Shown here piece by piece: positions 12,706-25,146 of a stretch of DNA of 64,000 nucleotides. The notes beneath the pieces were generated by a model. It saw only the letters and a program-made list of their open reading frames with translations, searched no databases and was not told the origin of the DNA. Positions within the stretch are counted from its first letter, which is position 1, and each line of letters starts with the position of its first letter. Source of the DNA: Pseudomonadales bacterium (GTDB lineage Bacteria; Pseudomonadota; Gammaproteobacteria; Pseudomonadales; M0112); contig DATCSK010000015.1 in assembly GCA_036568505.1 (NCBI GenBank), positions 29,688 to 93,687 of the forward strand. Reading direction: 5' to 3'. Position numbers and translations under genes: made by a program.

Positions 12706-12738
12706 ATACTTGATAAAATTACTTGGTTATTGCATACT
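12706..12738 (+). promoter_or_regulatory. Type-1 IscR operator overlapping a sigma70 promoter of iscR
   Basis: ATACTTGATAAAATTACTTGGTTAT (12706-12730) resembles type-1 IscR sites; TTGATA-17bp-CATACT at 12710-12738. Confidence 0.7.
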
Positions 12739-12771
12739 GAAACCCTGCTTGAACGCTGAGGAATATCAGTC

Positions 12772-13278
12772 ATGAGATTAACCACCAAAGGTCGCTATGC
12801 GGTTACAGCCATGCTGGATCTGGCCTTGAATGCCGGCTCCGGGCCGGTCAGCCTGGCCGACATCTCCAGCCGGCAAGAAATATCCCTGTCTTACCTTGAG
12901 CAGCTGTTTGCCAAACTGCGGCGCCAGGGTTTGGTCAAGAGTGTGCGCGGTCCGGGCGGAGGCTATCAGCTCAGCCGGTCAGCAAACGAGTTGTTTGTCG
13001 CCGATATTATCGATGCCGTTAACGAAAACGTGGATGCCACGAATTGCGGTGGTCGTGGCGATTGCCAAGAAGGCGAGATTTGTTTGACGCACCATTTGTG
13101 GTGCGATCTGAGTGAGCAGATTCACGGCTTTCTCAGCAGTATCAGCTTGGGCAGTCTGGTCGAGCGTCGTGAAGTGCAGGCGGTCTCCGAGCGTCAGCAG
13201 CGCAAGGAGCAGGGCTTGGGTGTGGCGTCTGTCGAGACCAATATGCGCCCGTCGGTGTTGGCAGTGTCTGGCAAGTAA
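12772..13278 (+). CDS. iscR: Fe-S cluster assembly transcription factor IscR
   Basis: [20 protein letters not shown], three Cys ligands (C-x5-C-x5-C) plus His. Confidence 0.97.
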   Translation: MRLTTKGRYAVTAMLDLALNAGSGPVSLADISSRQEISLSYLEQLFAKLRRQGLVKSVRGPGGGYQLSRSANELFVADIIDAVNENVDATNCGGRGDCQEGEICLTHHLWCDLSEQIHGFLSSISLGSLVERREVQAVSERQQRKEQGLGVASVETNMRPSVLAVSGK

Positions 13279-13304
13279 ATATTTATTGATTCAAGAGGTT
13301 AGCA

Positions 13305-14519
13305 ATGAAACTGCCTGTATATCTTGATTACTCTGCGACCACGCCGGTTGATCCGCGAGTGGCCGAGCGTATGTGTGAGTGCCTGACCCTGGAGGGCAAC
13401 TTCGGGAACCCGGCCTCGCGTTCCCATCAATTTGGTTGGAAAGCCGAAGAAGCGGTCGAATTGGCTCGTCAGCAGGTGGCCGATCTGATTCATGCGGACC
13501 CGCGCGAGATCGTTTGGACCTCCGGTGCCACCGAATCCGACAATCTGGCCATCAAAGGTGCGGCGCACTTCTACAGCGGCAAGGGTAAGCACATCGTGAC
13601 CTCGTCCATTGAGCACAAGGCAGTGCTCGATACCTGTCGCCAGCTGGAGCGGGAAGGCTTTGAGGTAACGTATCTGGAGCCCGATAGCAGCGGCTTGATT
13701 GTGCCGGCAGCGGTGGCCGCCGCTTTGCGCGACGACACGGTTTTGGTGTCCATCATGCACGCCAATAACGAAATTGGCACGATCAATGACATTGCAGCCA
13801 TCGGTGCAATTACAAGAGAGAAAGGCATTGTATTTCATGTAGATGCAGCACAAAGCGCAGGTAAAATAGAGGTTGATGTGCAAGCCATGTGCGTCGATCT
13901 GCTGTCCATGTCAGCGCATAAGATGTACGGGCCAAAAGGTATTGGTGCGCTGTACGTTGGCCGTAAGCCGCGTATCCGTCTGGAGGCTCAAATGCACGGT
14001 GGCGGTCATGAACGCGGTATGCGTTCGGGCACATTGGCCACGCACCAGATCGTCGGCATGGGAGAGGCGGCTCGCATCGCCCGTGAAGAAATGCCTGCCG
14101 AGGCTGCCCGTACCTTGGCGCTACGCCAACGGCTGTGGAACGGCTTGAAAGACATGGAAGCGGTGCATCTCAATGGCGACAGTCAGCGACGTTTGCCGGG
14201 CAGTCTGAATGTGAGCTTGGCGTATGTTGAGGGTGAGTCCCTGATCATGTCATTGAAAGATTTGGCGCTGTCATCAGGCTCGGCTTGTACTTCGGCCAGT
14301 CTGGAGCCTTCTTACGTGTTGAGAGCGCTGGGCTTGAGCGATGAATTGGCGCACAGCTCCCTGCGCTTCTCGGTAGGACGCTTTACCACGGAAGCCGATA
14401 TCGACTTTGCGATTGAAAAGGTGCGTCATGCGGTGCACAAGCTGCGTGAACTGTCGCCTTTATGGGATATGTACAAAGACGGCATTGATCTGGACAAGGT
14501 TCAGTGGGCAGCCCACTGA
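13305..14519 (+). CDS. iscS: Cysteine desulfurase
   Basis: [27 protein letters not shown]. Confidence 0.98.
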   Translation: MKLPVYLDYSATTPVDPRVAERMCECLTLEGNFGNPASRSHQFGWKAEEAVELARQQVADLIHADPREIVWTSGATESDNLAIKGAAHFYSGKGKHIVTSSIEHKAVLDTCRQLEREGFEVTYLEPDSSGLIVPAAVAAALRDDTVLVSIMHANNEIGTINDIAAIGAITREKGIVFHVDAAQSAGKIEVDVQAMCVDLLSMSAHKMYGPKGIGALYVGRKPRIRLEAQMHGGGHERGMRSGTLATHQIVGMGEAARIAREEMPAEAARTLALRQRLWNGLKDMEAVHLNGDSQRRLPGSLNVSLAYVEGESLIMSLKDLALSSGSACTSASLEPSYVLRALGLSDELAHSSLRFSVGRFTTEADIDFAIEKVRHAVHKLRELSPLWDMYKDGIDLDKVQWAAH

Positions 14520-14537
14520 CCAGAGGAGGGTAGTAAG

Positions 14538-14942
14538 ATGGCATACAGTGAAAAAGTACTCGATCATTACGAAAACCCGCGTAACGTCGGCAAGTTGGAT
14601 GATCATGACCCCAATGTTGGCACCGGCATGGTGGGTGCGCCTGCCTGTGGTGATGTGATGCGCTTGCAGATTCGCGTGAATGAGCAGGGCGTGATTGAAG
14701 ACGCCAAGTTCAAAACTTACGGTTGCGGCTCGGCGATTGCTTCAAGTTCGTTGCTGACGGAGTGGGTGAAAGGTAAAACCCTGGAAGAGGCCCAGCAAAT
14801 CAAGAATACCGAGATTGCTGAAGAATTGGCATTGCCGCCGGTAAAAATCCATTGTTCGGTGTTGGCAGAAGATGCCATTAAAGCGGCCGTGACGGATCTG
14901 CAGACCAAACGCCAAGGCAAGTCGGAGCAAGGTGCTGCATGA
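14538..14942 (+). CDS. iscU: Fe-S scaffold IscU
   Basis: [23 protein letters not shown]. Confidence 0.98.
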   Translation: MAYSEKVLDHYENPRNVGKLDDHDPNVGTGMVGAPACGDVMRLQIRVNEQGVIEDAKFKTYGCGSAIASSSLLTEWVKGKTLEEAQQIKNTEIAEELALPPVKIHCSVLAEDAIKAAVTDLQTKRQGKSEQGAA

Positions 14943-15262
14943 GTATCCAGATCACCGAATCGGCAGCCCGGCATATCGAGGCGCAGTTAAAGCAGCGTGG
15001 CAAGGGCGAAGGTATCCGCGTGGGTGTAAAAACCTCGGGCTGCTCCGGCATGGCTTACGTGCTGGAGTTCGTCGATGAGATCACGCCGGAAGATCAGGTT
15101 TTTGAAGGTTTTGGTGTGAAGGTCATTGTGGATCCGAAAAGCCTGTTGTACATCGATGGTACGGAGCTCGATTTTGCCAAAGAAGGGCTGAATGAAGGTT
15201 TCCGGTTTAATAACCCGAATGTGAAAGGTGAGTGCGGCTGCGGCGAAAGCTTCACCGTCTGA
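14939..15262 (+). CDS. iscA: Fe-S carrier IscA
   Basis: SGCSG, CGCGESF. Confidence 0.97.
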   Translation: MSIQITESAARHIEAQLKQRGKGEGIRVGVKTSGCSGMAYVLEFVDEITPEDQVFEGFGVKVIVDPKSLLYIDGTELDFAKEGLNEGFRFNNPNVKGECGCGESFTV

Positions 15263-15280
15263 TCACAGTCAGGACGATGC

Positions 15281-15811
15281 GTGGATACGACCCCCGTTTA
15301 TTTTCAATTATTGGATTTGCCGGTTGCTTACGATATCGATGCCGCGTTGTTGGCCGAGCGCTATCGAGAGCGCCAGCAAGCCGTGCATCCGGATCGCCAT
15401 GCAGGCAGTGGACCGGGCGAGCGCTTGCGCGCCGTGCAGTTTTCATCCGACTTGAATGCAGCGTATCAGTGCTTACGCTACCCCTTGAGCCGGGCGATCT
15501 ATTTGCTGGATTGCGCGGGCCATCGAGCGAGCGCTGATCGCACGGTCAAGCAGGACATGGTGTTTCTGCAGCAGCAAATGCATTGGCGCGAGGCACTGGC
15601 CGATATGGCCGAGGCCGACAAGCCGCAACAGGTGCTGGATCGGTTGCTGGACGAATGCCAGCGTGCGGTGGAGGCCACTGAAACATCCTTCCGCGAAGCG
15701 TATGCCGCTCAAGATTGGGATGCCGCCATGCACAGTGTGGCACGCTGGCAGTTTCTGGAAAAATTTCGCGCTGAGCTGGATGCAGCCGAAGAACGCCTGA
15801 TGGATGGCTAG
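15281..15811 (+). CDS. hscB: Fe-S co-chaperone HscB
   Basis: J-domain HPD motif; isc operon position. Confidence 0.93.
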   Translation: MDTTPVYFQLLDLPVAYDIDAALLAERYRERQQAVHPDRHAGSGPGERLRAVQFSSDLNAAYQCLRYPLSRAIYLLDCAGHRASADRTVKQDMVFLQQQMHWREALADMAEADKPQQVLDRLLDECQRAVEATETSFREAYAAQDWDAAMHSVARWQFLEKFRAELDAAEERLMDG

Positions 15812-15814
15812 ATC

Positions 15815-17692
15815 ATGGCTTTGTTGCAAATATCAGAACCCGGTAAAACGCCCGAGCCGCATGCGCGCAAGCGCGCGATTGGCATTGATCTGGGTACCAC
15901 GCATTCGCTGGTGGCCAGCATGGTCAACGGCACGGTTGAGGTATTGAGCGATCAGCATGGTCGACCCTTGTTGCCATCGGCGGTGCACTACAGTGCCGGG
16001 GGTGTGCGCACGATTGGCTATGATGCATTGTCACGCGCAGCAGAAGACCCCCTGAATACCGTGGTATCGGTCAAGCGCATGATGGGCCGCGGTTTGGCGG
16101 ATGTGCGCGGCCTTGGTCAGCAATTGCCGTACCGGTTTCTCGACAGCGAAGGCATGCCGTCGATTGACACGGCCGCTGGTCCGAAAAGTCCGGTTGCGGT
16201 GTCGGCTGATATTTTGAATGCCTTGGCCGTTCGGGCTCGCGAACTGTTGGCCGGCCCGATTGACGGTGCCGTGATTACCGTGCCGGCGTATTTTGACGAT
16301 GCACAACGACAGGCAACGCGCGATGCCGCGCGGCTTGCTGACATTCCCGTGTTGCGTTTATTGAATGAGCCGACTGCGGCTGCAGTGGCCTATGGCCTGG
16401 ACCGTGGTGGCGAAGGCGTGATTGCCGTCTTTGATTTGGGCGGCGGCACGTTTGATGTGTCTATTTTGAGATTGCATCAAGGCGTTTTTGAAGTATTGGC
16501 AACCGGCGGTGATTCGGCACTGGGCGGTGACGACTTTGATCAATCGGTTGCGGAATGGATATTGTCCTTGGCAGCCATCACGGAGCCATTGTCGCCGGTG
16601 CAATACCGTGCCGTGTTATCCGAGGCGCGCCGTGTGCGTGAAGCGCTGTCGGAGGAGTCGTCGGTGTTGGTTCAGTGCCCGTCGCTGGATTGGCATGGCG
16701 AGTTAAGCCGTGAGCAGTTGGAATCGCTGGTGCAGCATTTGATGGATCGGGCATTGCGCTCCTGCCGTAGAACCTTGCGCGATGCCGGCTTGACGGCAGC
16801 CGATATTGATCACGTGGTCATGGTGGGGGGTGTGACGCGCACGCCACTGGTGCGTCAACAGGTGGGTGACTTTTTTGGTAAGCCGCCCTTAGTGGATATT
16901 GATCCTGATCAGGTGGTGGCCGTGGGCGCGGCGATTCAGGCCGACGTGCTGGTGGGTAATCGCTCGGGTGATGACCTGTTATTGCTGGATGTGTTGCCAT
17001 TGTCCCTGGGGATTGAAATTATGGGTGGGTTGATTGAGAAAATCATTCACCGCAATACCACGTTGCCGGTTGTACGCTCGCAAGAGTTCACAACGTACAA
17101 AGACGGTCAGGTCGCGATGGCGCTGCACGTTGTGCAGGGTGAGCGTGAATTGGTTGATGATTGCCGTTCGCTGGCGCGCTTTGAGTTGCGCGGCATTCCG
17201 CCCATGGCCGCCGGTGCAGCACATATTAAAGTGACGTTTCAGGTGGATGCCGATGGCTTGCTCAGCGTGAGTGCGCGTGAAGAAATCAGCGGTGTCACCA
17301 GTCAAGTGACCGTCAAGCCGTCTTACGGGTTATCGGAGGATCAAATTGCGTCCATGTTGACGGAATCGTATACGCACGCGGCCGATGACAAGGCGCGTCG
17401 GGCATTTCGTGAGCAGCAAGTGGAGTCCTCGCGTTTGCTGGAGGCTCTTTCGTCGGCATTGCAGCAAGACGGCGAGACCTTACTCTCCGGTGAAGAACGC
17501 CTGGACTTGGAGCAGGCGGTCGTGCGCTTGAGGGCTGCGATGGCCGGTGAGGATTTGACCGAGTTGCGTGCCGCATCGGATGCGCTGATTGCGTTGAGCG
17601 ATCCGTTTGCCGCGCGACGTATGGATGCGCATATCCGTAATGCATTGAAAGGTCAGCGTGTGGATGATTTGGCTGGAGGGGTGAAGTCGTGA
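15815..17692 (+). CDS. hscA: Fe-S chaperone HscA (Hsp70)
   Basis: [25 protein letters not shown]. Confidence 0.97.
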   Translation: MALLQISEPGKTPEPHARKRAIGIDLGTTHSLVASMVNGTVEVLSDQHGRPLLPSAVHYSAGGVRTIGYDALSRAAEDPLNTVVSVKRMMGRGLADVRGLGQQLPYRFLDSEGMPSIDTAAGPKSPVAVSADILNALAVRARELLAGPIDGAVITVPAYFDDAQRQATRDAARLADIPVLRLLNEPTAAAVAYGLDRGGEGVIAVFDLGGGTFDVSILRLHQGVFEVLATGGDSALGGDDFDQSVAEWILSLAAITEPLSPVQYRAVLSEARRVREALSEESSVLVQCPSLDWHGELSREQLESLVQHLMDRALRSCRRTLRDAGLTAADIDHVVMVGGVTRTPLVRQQVGDFFGKPPLVDIDPDQVVAVGAAIQADVLVGNRSGDDLLLLDVLPLSLGIEIMGGLIEKIIHRNTTLPVVRSQEFTTYKDGQVAMALHVVQGERELVDDCRSLARFELRGIPPMAAGAAHIKVTFQVDADGLLSVSAREEISGVTSQVTVKPSYGLSEDQIASMLTESYTHAADDKARRAFREQQVESSRLLEALSSALQQDGETLLSGEERLDLEQAVVRLRAAMAGEDLTELRAASDALIALSDPFAARRMDAHIRNALKGQRVDDLAGGVKS

Positions 17693-18027
17693 CGCGAATT
17701 GTCGTATTACCGCATCAGTCGATATGCCCTGACGGTGCCGTGGTTGAAGCCAGTCCGGGTGAAAGCATTTGCGATGCCTTGTTGCGCAATGGCGTTGAAA
17801 TTGAGCATGCCTGTGAGAAGTCCTGTGCATGCACGACCTGCCATGTGGTGGTGCGCGAGGGATTTGCCTCATTGGCACCCTCGGACGAGCTGGAAGATGA
17901 TTTTCTGGACAAGGCCTGGGGTCTGGAGCCGCAATCGCGTTTGAGTTGCCAGGCCATTGTCGCGGAGCAGGATTTGGTGGTTGAAATTCCGCGCTACACC
18001 ATCAATATGGTTTCAGAGCGGCATTAA
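17689..18027 (+). CDS. fdx: ISC [2Fe-2S] ferredoxin
   Basis: [19 protein letters not shown]. Confidence 0.97.
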   Translation: MTRIVVLPHQSICPDGAVVEASPGESICDALLRNGVEIEHACEKSCACTTCHVVVREGFASLAPSDELEDDFLDKAWGLEPQSRLSCQAIVAEQDLVVEIPRYTINMVSERH

Positions 18028-18037
18028 GGAGCGTGTC

Positions 18038-18229
18038 ATGAGATGGACCGATGTTCAGGAGATTGCCATTGCCTTGTGTGAAGCGAAGCCGGAGACGGAC
18101 CCCCGAACGGTCAATTTCGTGGATTTGCGTGACTGGGTGTTGGCGCTGGACGGTTTTGACGATGACCCGGCCCGCTGTGGAGAGAAGGTCCTCGAAGCCA
18201 TCCAGATGGCCTGGATGGACGAAGTCTGA
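18038..18229 (+). CDS. iscX: Fe-S assembly protein IscX
   Basis: MRWTDVQEIAIAL...GEKVLEAIQMAW; ATG at 18038 after AAGGAG. Confidence 0.93.
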   Translation: MRWTDVQEIAIALCEAKPETDPRTVNFVDLRDWVLALDGFDDDPARCGEKVLEAIQMAWMDEV

Positions 18230-18241
18230 TGTAATGCTTCG

Positions 18242-18265
18242 AGCGGCCGCCTTGGCTGCTTTTTT
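18242..18265 (+). terminator. Putative terminator of the isc operon
   Basis: AGCGGCC-GCCTT-GGCTGCT stem followed by TTTTT. Confidence 0.5.
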
Positions 18266-18374
18266 CTATGAAAGTCATTGTTTTTTAGGGTAAAATCGCC
18301 GCTCTTCGATAGGGCGGTCCGGCGTAATGTCGCCTGAGGCCCATTCAATCATTGCAGTTGGAGGAGTAGTCCGG

Positions 18375-18800
18375 ATGGCGGTCGAGCGTACCTTATCTAT
18401 TATTAAACCCGATGCCGTTGGCAAGAACGTGATTGGCGATATCCTTGGCCGGTTTGAGAAAAACGGTTTAGCGGTCGTGGCGGCCAAAATGATCAAGCTG
18501 ACGGCGACCCAAGCCGAGGGTTTTTACGCTGAACATAAAGGACGGCCATTTTTTCCGGCGCTGGTTGAATTTATGACGTCAGGTCCGGTGGTGGTGCAAG
18601 TGCTTGAAGGCGAGAATGCGATTGCCTTGAATCGCGAGCTGATGGGCGCGACAAACCCCAAAGAAGCCGCCGCGGGTACGATTCGTGCCGATTTTGCGCA
18701 ATCCATTGATGCCAATGCCGTGCACGGCTCGGATTCTGCTGCATCGGCAGCGCGTGAAATTGCTTACTTTTTCAAAGACAGCGAGATCTGCTCTCGCTGA
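18375..18800 (+). CDS. ndk: Nucleoside diphosphate kinase
   Basis: [20 protein letters not shown]; ATG at 18375 after GGAGGAG. Confidence 0.97.
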   Translation: MAVERTLSIIKPDAVGKNVIGDILGRFEKNGLAVVAAKMIKLTATQAEGFYAEHKGRPFFPALVEFMTSGPVVVQVLEGENAIALNRELMGATNPKEAAAGTIRADFAQSIDANAVHGSDSAASAAREIAYFFKDSEICSR

Positions 18801-18810
18801 CAGGTGACTC

Positions 18811-20001
18811 ATGAGTACACCCTGCGACATGTCCGGTGATCGGTCTGGGCCTGAAAAGCCCAACCTGCTGGGCTTGTCGCGTGCCGAGCTGCGCGATTTC
18901 TTTGTGACACTCGGTGAAAAGCCTTTTCGTGCCAATCAATTGATGCAATGGGTGCATCAACGGGGCGTTGCTGACTTCGAGCAGATGACCGATATGGGCA
19001 AGGCCCTGCGGGCGCGATTGCAGGCGAGTGCCGAGATTCGGCCTCCCGAGGTAGTCAGCTGGCATGATGCTGCCGACGGTTGCCGCAAATGGATCATTCG
19101 CGTATCGGGCGGCAGTTGTGTCGAAGCGGTGTACATTCCGGAGCGCAGCCGCGGCACGCTGTGCGTGTCTTCGCAAGTGGGCTGCACGCTGGATTGCAGT
19201 TTCTGCTCGACAGGCAAGCAGGGCTTTCAGCGTGATTTAACAGCGGCTGAAATCATCGGTCAGGTCTGGTTGGCATCGCGTTCGCTGGGCAGTTTTGATG
19301 AGGGTGCTGCTCGCAGTATTACCAATGTGGTGTTGATGGGCATGGGCGAGCCCTTGCTGAATTTCGATAATGTCGTGGCCGCGACGGACATTATGCTCGA
19401 TGACTTCGGATACGGCCTGTCAAAACGCAGGGTTACCTTGAGTACGGCCGGTGTTGTGCCGATGTTGAAGCGCTTGGGCGAGGTTTCGCAGGTGTCGTTG
19501 GCGCTTTCCTTGCACGCGCCCAATGATGCGTTGCGCGATGAGTTGGTGCCTTTGAATCGAAAGTATCCGATTGCGACAGTACTGCAAGCCTGTCGTGACT
19601 ATTGGGCTGCCCAAGGTGATACCCATCGCGTGACGACGATTGAGTACACCATGATCGAAGGCGTGAATGATCACCCCAATCAGGCACACGAACTGGCGCG
19701 ATTGCTGCGGGACTTTCCCTGCAAGATCAATTTGATCCCGTTTAATCCGTTCCCGGGTTCGGCATACCGTCGTTCACCCACGGTCTCGATCCAGGTGTTT
19801 CAGGAAATTTTGACGCACGCCGGTTATACCGCCACCGTGCGCAAGACGCGCGGCGGTGATATGGATGCCGCCTGCGGTCAATTGGTAGGACAGGTTGCTG
19901 ATAGAACGCGCCGCAGCTTGCGTTATCAACAGTCCGGCGCTGCGTTGATTGCTTCATCGCCAGCCGATGATGTGCAGAGAGTAAACAAGGGAGTGCAATG
20001 A
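18811..20001 (+). CDS. rlmN: 23S rRNA/tRNA m2A methyltransferase RlmN
   Basis: [15 protein letters not shown] radical SAM motif, MGMGEP, AACGQL. Confidence 0.97.
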   Translation: MSTPCDMSGDRSGPEKPNLLGLSRAELRDFFVTLGEKPFRANQLMQWVHQRGVADFEQMTDMGKALRARLQASAEIRPPEVVSWHDAADGCRKWIIRVSGGSCVEAVYIPERSRGTLCVSSQVGCTLDCSFCSTGKQGFQRDLTAAEIIGQVWLASRSLGSFDEGAARSITNVVLMGMGEPLLNFDNVVAATDIMLDDFGYGLSKRRVTLSTAGVVPMLKRLGEVSQVSLALSLHAPNDALRDELVPLNRKYPIATVLQACRDYWAAQGDTHRVTTIEYTMIEGVNDHPNQAHELARLLRDFPCKINLIPFNPFPGSAYRRSPTVSIQVFQEILTHAGYTATVRKTRGGDMDAACGQLVGQVADRTRRSLRYQQSGAALIASSPADDVQRVNKGVQ

Positions 20002-20777
20002 TGATGTTACAGCGAATCCGGATAGGGATGGTGGTGTTGATAGCGCTGTTTGTTGTTGGGTGTGCTACGACCACCACCGTGAGCGGTAAGGGTGCCATCC
20101 CGCAAAAAACGCCGGATGAACAGGTTGATTTGCTGCTGGTTGCTGCCACGCAATATCTGTCGGCCAATGATCCTCAAAGGGCTAAAGTATTTATCGGCCG
20201 TGCTTTGGAGGTGAACCCGAAGTCATCGGAAGCACAAAACCTGTTGGCCATGGCCTTCTGGCAAACGATGGAACTTGATCTGGCTGAAGAGCACTTCAAG
20301 GATGCCATTCGATACGACTCGAATTTCTCCAAGGCGTATCTGAATTATGCCTCTCTTCTATACACGCAAAATCGCCAGAAAGAAGCTGAAAAGTATATCG
20401 ATGGCGCATTGAATGACCCGCTTTACGATCAACGTGCCCGGGCCTTTATGATTCAAGGCATGATTCGGCAACAGCTGGGCAAGCATGAGCAAGCAATCGA
20501 ATCCTTTCGGCGCTCACTGGCCCTGGATCGTACCAATCCTGCTGCCATGTTTGGTGTAGCGGTATCCGCCTATGAAATAGGAGACTACATTCAGGCCGAA
20601 AAGTATTACCGGCAAGGCCGCGAAAACAGTCAGGCCAGTCCCGACAGCCTTTTGTTGGGTATTCGTATTGCCGAAAAACTCAATGATGCCGATGCTAAAA
20701 GTAGCTATGAACTGGCATTGAAGAACCTGTTTCCCGATGCACCGGAAACGAAGTTGTATTTCGGAAAGGGGCAGTAA
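19998..20777 (+). CDS. pilW: Type IV pilus pilotin lipoprotein PilW/PilF (TPR)
   Basis: Lipobox VVGC, TPR-like helices, conserved position after rlmN. Confidence 0.85.
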   Translation: MMMLQRIRIGMVVLIALFVVGCATTTTVSGKGAIPQKTPDEQVDLLLVAATQYLSANDPQRAKVFIGRALEVNPKSSEAQNLLAMAFWQTMELDLAEEHFKDAIRYDSNFSKAYLNYASLLYTQNRQKEAEKYIDGALNDPLYDQRARAFMIQGMIRQQLGKHEQAIESFRRSLALDRTNPAAMFGVAVSAYEIGDYIQAEKYYRQGRENSQASPDSLLLGIRIAEKLNDADAKSSYELALKNLFPDAPETKLYFGKGQ

Positions 20778-20783
20778 ATTAAT

Positions 20784-21893
20784 ATGAAGTTTCAATCCCC
20801 CATACAGCGCCGCCGCTCTCGACAGATTCATGTTGGATCCGTGCCTGTGGGTGGCGATGCACCGATTAGTGTGCAGAGTATGACGAACACGGAAACTTGC
20901 GATGTTGTTGCAACCGTGGCGCAGATTAAGCGATTAGAAGCAGCGGGTGCTGACATTGTGCGAATTTCCGTGCCCAGCATGGAGGCCGCAGATGCGTTCG
21001 GTGAAATAAAAAAACAAGTTTCAGTGCCGTTGGTTGCCGATATTCATTTTGATTACAAGATTGCATTGGCGGTTGCCGAAAAAGGCGTGGATTGTTTGAG
21101 AATCAATCCGGGTAATATTGGTCGTGAAGATCGCATTCGCGAGGTGGTGGAGGCGGCGCGCTATCACGGGATACCGATTCGCATTGGTGTGAATGCGGGC
21201 TCTCTCGAAAAAGACCTTCAGAAAAAATACGGCGAGCCGACGCCGGATGCCTTGGTCGAATCTGCATTGAGGCATGTTGATATTCTCGATCGATTGAATT
21301 TCCATGACTTCAAGTTAAGCGTTAAAGCCTCCGATGTGTTTATGGCAGTCGCGGCGTATCGAAAAATTGCTACACAAATCGAGCAGCCATTGCATCTGGG
21401 TATTACCGAGGCTGGCGGCTTGCGCTCAGGCACGGTGAAGTCAGCCGTGGGCTTGGGTATGTTGTTAATGGACGGTATTGGCGACACCATCCGGGTTTCG
21501 TTGGCCGCTGATCCGGTGGAAGAAATCAAGGTTGGTTATGACATTCTAAAAAGTTTACGGCTGCGTACGCGCGGGATTAACTTTATCGCCTGCCCAAGTT
21601 GTTCACGGCAAAATTTTGATGTGATTAGCACTGTGAATGCGCTTGAGTCGCGTCTGGAAGACGTGTCCGAATCATTGGATGTGGCGATTATTGGCTGCGT
21701 GGTCAATGGCCCGGGTGAGGCGAAAGAGGCGGATATCGGCTTGACCGGTGGCACCCCGGCCAATTTGATTTATGTGAACGGAAAGCCGGATCACAAATTG
21801 GATAATGACCATTTGGTTGATTCGCTGGAGAAGTTGGTTCGCGACAAACTCGAAGCACGCAGGCAGTCGGTGATTGCCCGTACCGATCATTAA
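20784..21893 (+). CDS. ispG: HMBPP synthase
   Basis: [37 protein letters not shown]. Confidence 0.98.
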   Translation: MKFQSPIQRRRSRQIHVGSVPVGGDAPISVQSMTNTETCDVVATVAQIKRLEAAGADIVRISVPSMEAADAFGEIKKQVSVPLVADIHFDYKIALAVAEKGVDCLRINPGNIGREDRIREVVEAARYHGIPIRIGVNAGSLEKDLQKKYGEPTPDALVESALRHVDILDRLNFHDFKLSVKASDVFMAVAAYRKIATQIEQPLHLGITEAGGLRSGTVKSAVGLGMLLMDGIGDTIRVSLAADPVEEIKVGYDILKSLRLRTRGINFIACPSCSRQNFDVISTVNALESRLEDVSESLDVAIIGCVVNGPGEAKEADIGLTGGTPANLIYVNGKPDHKLDNDHLVDSLEKLVRDKLEARRQSVIARTDH

Positions 21894-21907
21894 GTCAGGA
21901 GATTGTT

Positions 21908-23197
21908 GTGACAGCTGTTCACGCCATTAAGGGTATGCACGATATTCTGCCAGAGCAGACAGCGCTCTGGCGTCATATTGAGCGTACTGTCGCGGACGTG
22001 TTGCGCACATACGGTTACCGTGAAATCCGCTTTCCAATGCTGGAGTTTACCGAGCTGTTCAAGCGCTCTATTGGTGAAGTGACCGATATCGTTGAAAAAG
22101 AAATGTATACCTTCGATGACCGTAATGGCGTCAGCCTGACATTGCGTCCTGAAGGTACCGCGTGCTGCGTACGGGCCGCAGAAGAGCATGGCTTGTTGTA
22201 TAACCAGATTCAGCGTTTATGGTATGCCGGCCCAATGTTTCGCTATGAGAATCCCCAGAAAGGGCGGCAGCGCCAATTTCATCAAGTCGGAGTAGAAGCT
22301 TTTGGAATGGAAGGCCCCGATATCGATGCCGAGTTGATTGCCATCACAGCAAAACTTTGGCAGCGCTTGGGTGTTGCCGGTGCGTTGCGATTGGAGATTA
22401 ATACGATTGGTACCGCAGAGAGTCGCGCGGCCTACCGTGCGGCCTTATTGAAGTACCTTGAACCGCATAAGGCCGAGTTGGACGAGGACAGTCAGCGCAG
22501 GCTGACCACCAATCCATTGCGCATTCTGGATAGCAAGCATCCGGGGACGCGCGCCATTGTGGCCGATGCTCCGCGCATGAGCGAGTATCGCGATGCCGAA
22601 TCAGCCACCCATTTTGAAGTCTTGTGTCAATTGCTCGACAGCATCGGTGTCAGTTATGTCGTGAACGAGAATCTGGTGCGGGGTCTCGATTATTATTCGC
22701 GTACCGTGTTTGAGTGGGTGACGGATGATTTGGGCGCACAAGGTACGGTGTGTGCCGGGGGGCGTTACGATGGTCTGGTCGAGCAGTTGGGCGGTCGTGC
22801 GACACCGGCCGTGGGGTTTGCGATGGGCATGGAGCGTCTGTGTCTTTTGTTGGAGGCCTGCGGGCAGGCACCCAACTGCGACGAAGCGCCGGCTATTTAT
22901 TGTGTTGCGGTAGGCGATGCAGCCAGGGCAGAAGCCTTTGCATTGACCGAATCGGTTCGTCAGTTACTGCCGGCATTGGTTGTACAGCATAATTGTGGCG
23001 GTGGCAGCTTTAAGTCACAAATGAAGCGAGCCGATCGCAGTGGTGCACGGCTGGCATTGATTCTGGGCGACAATGAGGTTGCCGAAGGTCAGGTGGCAGT
23101 GAAATGGCTACGTGAGCGTGAAGGGCAGGCGGGTCAGCAGTCTGTGGCACGTCAGGAGTTGTTGGCATGGCTGTCCACGCACTTGGCAGACCTGTAG
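21908..23197 (+). CDS. hisS: Histidine--tRNA ligase
   Basis: [27 protein letters not shown]. Confidence 0.98.
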   Translation: MTAVHAIKGMHDILPEQTALWRHIERTVADVLRTYGYREIRFPMLEFTELFKRSIGEVTDIVEKEMYTFDDRNGVSLTLRPEGTACCVRAAEEHGLLYNQIQRLWYAGPMFRYENPQKGRQRQFHQVGVEAFGMEGPDIDAELIAITAKLWQRLGVAGALRLEINTIGTAESRAAYRAALLKYLEPHKAELDEDSQRRLTTNPLRILDSKHPGTRAIVADAPRMSEYRDAESATHFEVLCQLLDSIGVSYVVNENLVRGLDYYSRTVFEWVTDDLGAQGTVCAGGRYDGLVEQLGGRATPAVGFAMGMERLCLLLEACGQAPNCDEAPAIYCVAVGDAARAEAFALTESVRQLLPALVVQHNCGGGSFKSQMKRADRSGARLALILGDNEVAEGQVAVKWLREREGQAGQQSVARQELLAWLSTHLADL

Positions 23198-23245
23198 AAT
23201 AAGCGCCTTGTTTTATATTGGTATCGACAAGCTTGGGAGTTGCGT

Positions 23246-23953
23246 GTGAGTTCCTATCAATCCGATGATGAACAAATTGAAGCCCTGCATAAGTGGTGGA
23301 AAGAGAATGGTCGCGCCTTAATCACAGGCGTGGTGCTTGCGGTGGTGTTGGTGTTGGGCTGGGATGCATGGAAACAACAAACAGCCAAGGCGCAAGCAGA
23401 AGCTGCCGTGTTGTATCAGAGTTTATTGGATACGGCGGGTAATCCCGGTAGTGTATTGGATGATGTGGCGTATACCACGGCAGCCCATTTGGCCGAGCGT
23501 CTTCAGAACGATGCGGCACGCACGGCTTATGCAACCTATGCTGCATTGTTGATGGCGCGTGTTCATATCGATCGCGGCAATCTGGATGAGGGTTTGGTGT
23601 CGTTGCGTTGGGCGAGTGAGCATGCGGCCGATGAGACGTTGGCGCAGCTGGCTCGCTTGCGTGCATCGCAAGTGCAGTTTGCATTGGGGCATGCCGATGA
23701 GGCATTGGCCGGGTTGGCAACGTTGCCAGCCGATAGTTACCTGACGCCGTTGGCCCTGCAGCTGAAGGGTGATATTCAGGTGTCACGCAATGAACGTCAG
23801 CTTGCGCACGAATCCTATCAGGCCGCGATGGACTGGTTGGCAGCGCATGACGAAAATCCGATTCGCCTGCTGGAGGTCAAACGGGATGCCTTGCGCATTG
23901 CCGAGGCGTCAGCAACGGTACCGGTTGCCGGACCATCGCCGGATCAACCTTGA
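23246..23953 (+). CDS. yfgM: YfgM family TPR membrane-anchored protein
   Basis: EQIEALHKWWKENG plus single TM segment; between hisS and bamB; GTG start after GGAG. Confidence 0.9.
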   Translation: MSSYQSDDEQIEALHKWWKENGRALITGVVLAVVLVLGWDAWKQQTAKAQAEAAVLYQSLLDTAGNPGSVLDDVAYTTAAHLAERLQNDAARTAYATYAALLMARVHIDRGNLDEGLVSLRWASEHAADETLAQLARLRASQVQFALGHADEALAGLATLPADSYLTPLALQLKGDIQVSRNERQLAHESYQAAMDWLAAHDENPIRLLEVKRDALRIAEASATVPVAGPSPDQP

Positions 23954-25125
23954 TGAATAATCGCGCTCATAGGACCGTGTCGCTGTTGTATCGAAGCCTC
24001 GTGCTCGTGGGTCTCTGTGGTTTGGTGGCGTGTTCTAGCAACGAAAAAGCGAATACCCCGGCAGAGTTGGTCGATTTTGATGCCACATTGAAAATCGAGA
24101 AGCTCTGGTCGACCGGTGTCGGTAATGGTCAGGGTGATGTGCTCAGCGCCTTGGTTCCGGCGGTGAGTGCGGGTGCGGTATATGCGGCTTCCGTTGATGG
24201 TGATGTGGAAGCTTATGATTTGGCTTCGGGTGATGAGCTTTGGAGCATGGAAGTCGGTTCCGCGCTCAGTGCCGGTGTTGCCGTGTCGGGGGATCGGTTG
24301 TTCGTCGGCACACAAGCCGGTGAAATGGTTGCCTTGCGTTCATCCAGTGGCGAGTTTTTATGGGCGACCGAGCTGGGAAGCCAGGTGGATTCTGCACCAA
24401 CGGCTGATCGTGAGCGGGTTTATGTCCAGACGGTTGATGGCAAAGTGATTGCGCTGGATGCTGAAACCGGTTATCGCCTGTGGGCGTATGACGGCCAGCA
24501 GCCCGTGTTGACTCAGCGTGGCACGGCAACGCCGGTGCTCGATGGGGATACCCTGTACACGGGGCTGGATAACGGCAAGGTGATTGCGCTGGATGCGCGA
24601 ACAGGGCAAATGCGCTGGGAAGGTCGCGTGGCGGTGCCGCAAGGTCGCAGTGAAATTGATCGCATGGTGGATGTGGATGGCAGTCCCTTGGTGGCGGCTG
24701 CCCGGGTGTATGCGGTGAGTTTGCAAGGTAATCTGGTGGCCTTTAATCGTTCGTCGGGTCGGCTGGAATGGCGTTTTCCTGCCTCCAGTTATGTGGCGCT
24801 GACCGAGGGTTTTGGCAACCTGTATCTGGTTGAAGGGAATGGTGCAATCAAAGCGTTGAACCCGGAGAGTGTGCTGCAGCGCTGGGAACAGGGTGCCTTG
24901 TCATGGCGCGGACTGACGTCAGCGGTGCCTATCAGTGGTTATTTGCTGGTCGGTGATCGGGAAGGCTATATTCATGTGCTGTCACAGGTTGACGGCAGTT
25001 TTGTGGCTCGCTTTGAGCTCGACAGCGATGGCGTGAACGTCGCCCCGGTGGTATCGGATGATATTGCGCTGGTTTACGGTAACAGTGGCAAATTAATGGC
25101 TTTTCGTCTGGCTCCCAAGCGCTAA
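23953..25125 (+). CDS. bamB: Outer membrane protein assembly factor BamB
   Basis: Lipobox LVAC, PQQ-like beta-propeller repeats, SEIDRMVDVD. Confidence 0.93.
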   Translation: MNNRAHRTVSLLYRSLVLVGLCGLVACSSNEKANTPAELVDFDATLKIEKLWSTGVGNGQGDVLSALVPAVSAGAVYAASVDGDVEAYDLASGDELWSMEVGSALSAGVAVSGDRLFVGTQAGEMVALRSSSGEFLWATELGSQVDSAPTADRERVYVQTVDGKVIALDAETGYRLWAYDGQQPVLTQRGTATPVLDGDTLYTGLDNGKVIALDARTGQMRWEGRVAVPQGRSEIDRMVDVDGSPLVAAARVYAVSLQGNLVAFNRSSGRLEWRFPASSYVALTEGFGNLYLVEGNGAIKALNPESVLQRWEQGALSWRGLTSAVPISGYLLVGDREGYIHVLSQVDGSFVARFELDSDGVNVAPVVSDDIALVYGNSGKLMAFRLAPKR

Positions 25126-25146
25126 GCTGGGCCAGGGTAAATTGAA

